Shown one piece after another: positions 61,861 to 64,000 of a DNA stretch of 64,000 bases. Within the stretch, counting starts at the first letter, position 1, and the number at the start of each line of letters is the position of its first letter. The position numbers and the translations under genes are program-made. The DNA is from Carcharhinus longimanus (Eukaryota), in assembly GCA_030264375.1 (NCBI GenBank), contig JASCQW010000098.1, forward strand, positions 56,706,785 through 56,770,784, written 5' to 3'. The notes beneath the pieces were generated by a model. It was not told the DNA's origin. It worked only from the letters and a program-made list of their open reading frames with translations, and ran no database searches.

Positions 61861-62279
61861 ATTGCTTATTGTTAAAAGTGAGTTCATTCTGTGTTTCACT
61901 TTGCAGGGTATTTTGTATTTATTTTTGTCCAGAATGCTGTTATTTTTCTCCAATGAAAGCTCAACAGTTTCCTTAGTGCAACTATTTGTGGGCAACGTTT
62001 TCTTTGGGTCCTGTTAAATTAATATTTAATGCCGATGTTTTATTTACCTACGAGCAACAACTGAAAATTCCTTGACCCACAATGGAGTATAGTGTGGTGA
62101 GCCTAGGGGTAGGGCAGAGTAACTGCAGCAGGGCAAATTAGTAGAAAGTCATGAAGCAGAAATCACTAAAGATGTGAAGTGACAGTTATACAATAAAATC
62201 ACTTTTGTGCCCTGCAGTTTTAACCTTTTTGCCTTTCACATATCCTGCCCAGTCTCGGGATAAAGAATCAATCACTGAT

Positions 62280-62460
62280 GACTGAGATGAGAAGAAATTT
62301 CTGCACTCAAAGGGTGGTGAATCTTTGAAATTCTTTACCCAGAGGGTTGTGGATACAAAATGGAATGGAAACCCAAGATCAGCCATGGTCGTATTGAATG
62401 GTGGAGCAGGCTCAATGGACCTAGTGGTCTCCACCTGCCCCTATTTTCTATTGTTCTTAC
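62280..62460 (+). mobile_element. CR1 3' end with internal deletion
   Basis: GAGATGAGAAGAAATTTC..GATCAGCCATGGTCGTATTGAATGGTGGAGCAGGCTC. Confidence 0.8.
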
Positions 62461-62954
62461 ATTTGATCCAAGCTATTAGGGGAGAAAATGAAATGAAAGC
62501 ACCCATTGACCCTGTCAGATACGGTGTATAAAATCTTTCTCATCTTGTATACAGAGTAATTTGATTTTTAATGCATTTTTCAAAATTTATTATGGAACCA
62601 GTAATTGCCTGTGTCAATGGGTTCCAGGAACTCTCATCACTATATTTGTAATGTATTGGTAGTCTTTCCTGCAAGCCTCGTTATACAGCTTCAGCAAGTG
62701 AAGACTTCAAAGGGCAATCAAATCAGAAGAGCAGCAATTGCCCCCCTTCAAAATATAGCCAAAGACTTTTTTGTCTATTTTTTTTCATCAATATGGCTTG
62801 ATGTGAGTATAGATTTGGAGAACTCTTAATGTGATACTGACAAGGATTGTGATGATAATACTAAATGTAAGTGAATTAGTTCATAGTTCCCTCAGAATAA
62901 TGCTTCACACGGATTTTGGCATCAATCATGTGTTTATTTATTATTTAAAACATT

Positions 62955-63120
62955 TTAACTGGTTATTCATCTAACTGCTGTTTGTGAATTTGCTGTCTGC
63001 AAAATGGCTACATTTTTGCCCATACAGTAACAGTCATAGACTTTAAATTATTGAGTGTATGTATGTTTTTTTCAGCTGATTCTGAAAAATTTCTCCCCAT
63101 GCTATACAAATATAAGTTTC
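62955..63120 (+). mobile_element. Deu-SINE relic
   Basis: CTGGTTATTCATC..TGCTGTTTGTG..TTGCTGTCTGCAAAATGGCTAC..AACAGT..GCTATACAAATATAAGT. Confidence 0.6.
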
Positions 63121-63774
63121 CCAATTCCTTATATAAGGATTTTGGTTAGAAATGCACATATTTAGGATTTAAAAAGGAAGAAGAAACATCTTAGGTATTG
63201 ACAGCAATTGGATAGCTATATTTTAAGAAATTGACCCAAACACCAGTAAAGTTATTGGAAGATAACATGATTTAGATATTTTCTAAATTAAGAAGGAATG
63301 TGCTAAAGTAGCCCATGCAGTGTATTTATAGTGCAGAGTGACATCAATTGCCTATTTGTTAAGGAAAATGTTCTCCCTTTATTAACAGCTCATAGGAATA
63401 TATCCCACATATTAAATTAAAAATAATTCAACTATGAAATGAAATCAAACCATTCATTTGGCTAGTTTCTGATCTAATGTTGTGCACTTGATATCCCTGC
63501 TTAAAATTGAGCTATTAAAACCACATTTTTTGTCTTATTTTAAGAAGGGCCAAATGCATGTATTTGCAAATGGCAATTTCTTTTTCCTTATGCTGTTATT
63601 GAAGGACATGCATGCAGGTGTCTTTGCAAATTAACTTTGGATCAGTGACAAAGATAAGTGCGTAGTCCTCCACTCGACCGTAATTCAAATAGTGAAATTA
63701 AGATTCCCATTCCCTGTACCTCTGCAAAAAGAAAAATGCAAGCCCAACTTTGCAAATGCGAAGGATAAACTTAC

Positions 63775-63898
63775 CTAAAGTTGAAGAAAAGGCATTTGAG
63801 TGGCAAGTAGCATTCACCCAGATGTTGTCCATAATGCCCACCTGATTTTCTCTCATAGATGGGATGAATGATGCATGTCAGGGGCTTCTTTGTACTGA
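63775..63898 (-). other. Candidate spliced exon (unknown gene or lncRNA)
   Basis: Acceptor ccctctctcccctcatag, donor AG|gtaagt, one open frame STKKPLTCIIHPIYERKSGGHYGQHLGECYLPLKCLFFNF; no homology recognised. Confidence 0.25.
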
Positions 63899-64000
63899 CT
63901 ATGAGGGGAGAGAGGGTGACTCGATGTGAAATGTTTCTGGATCTGGCCCAGTTATATGTGAACCTGCCCCTAGATTTATTGATTGTAAATCTGATGTAAA

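Overview
This is eukaryotic, non-coding, repeat-rich DNA with many N gaps, almost certainly from a cartilaginous fish (shark or ray). The taxon call rests on about 13 copies of the elasmobranch HE1/V-domain tRNA-SINE plus shark-type CR1, L2, Rex1-Babar and Deu-SINE relics. No intact protein-coding gene can be supported; the ORF track is repeat-derived, gap-spanning or random. Recognisable contents are decayed LINEs (CR1, RTE, Rex1-Babar, L2), a Ty3/Gypsy pol relic, three PIF/Harbinger transposase relics with many Harbinger-type MITEs (3-bp TSDs), a hAT MITE, and two families of short palindromic Penelope-like (PLE) insertions. The most interesting signals are: (1) PLE-derived fold-back insertions carrying back-to-back minimal type I hammerhead ribozyme cores and 9-15 bp TSDs, ranging from a GIY-YIG-containing 1 kb copy down to a 70-bp pure hairpin; (2) a ~220-bp retroposon with a U2 snRNA-derived head; (3) HE1 SINEs carrying two different LINE-like tails; (4) an internally deleted EN+C-terminus CR1-group element; (5) a 131-bp direct repeat pair, several repeat-free candidate enhancer blocks, and one weak candidate exon. 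All calls are by eye, and the boundaries of old repeats are approximate.
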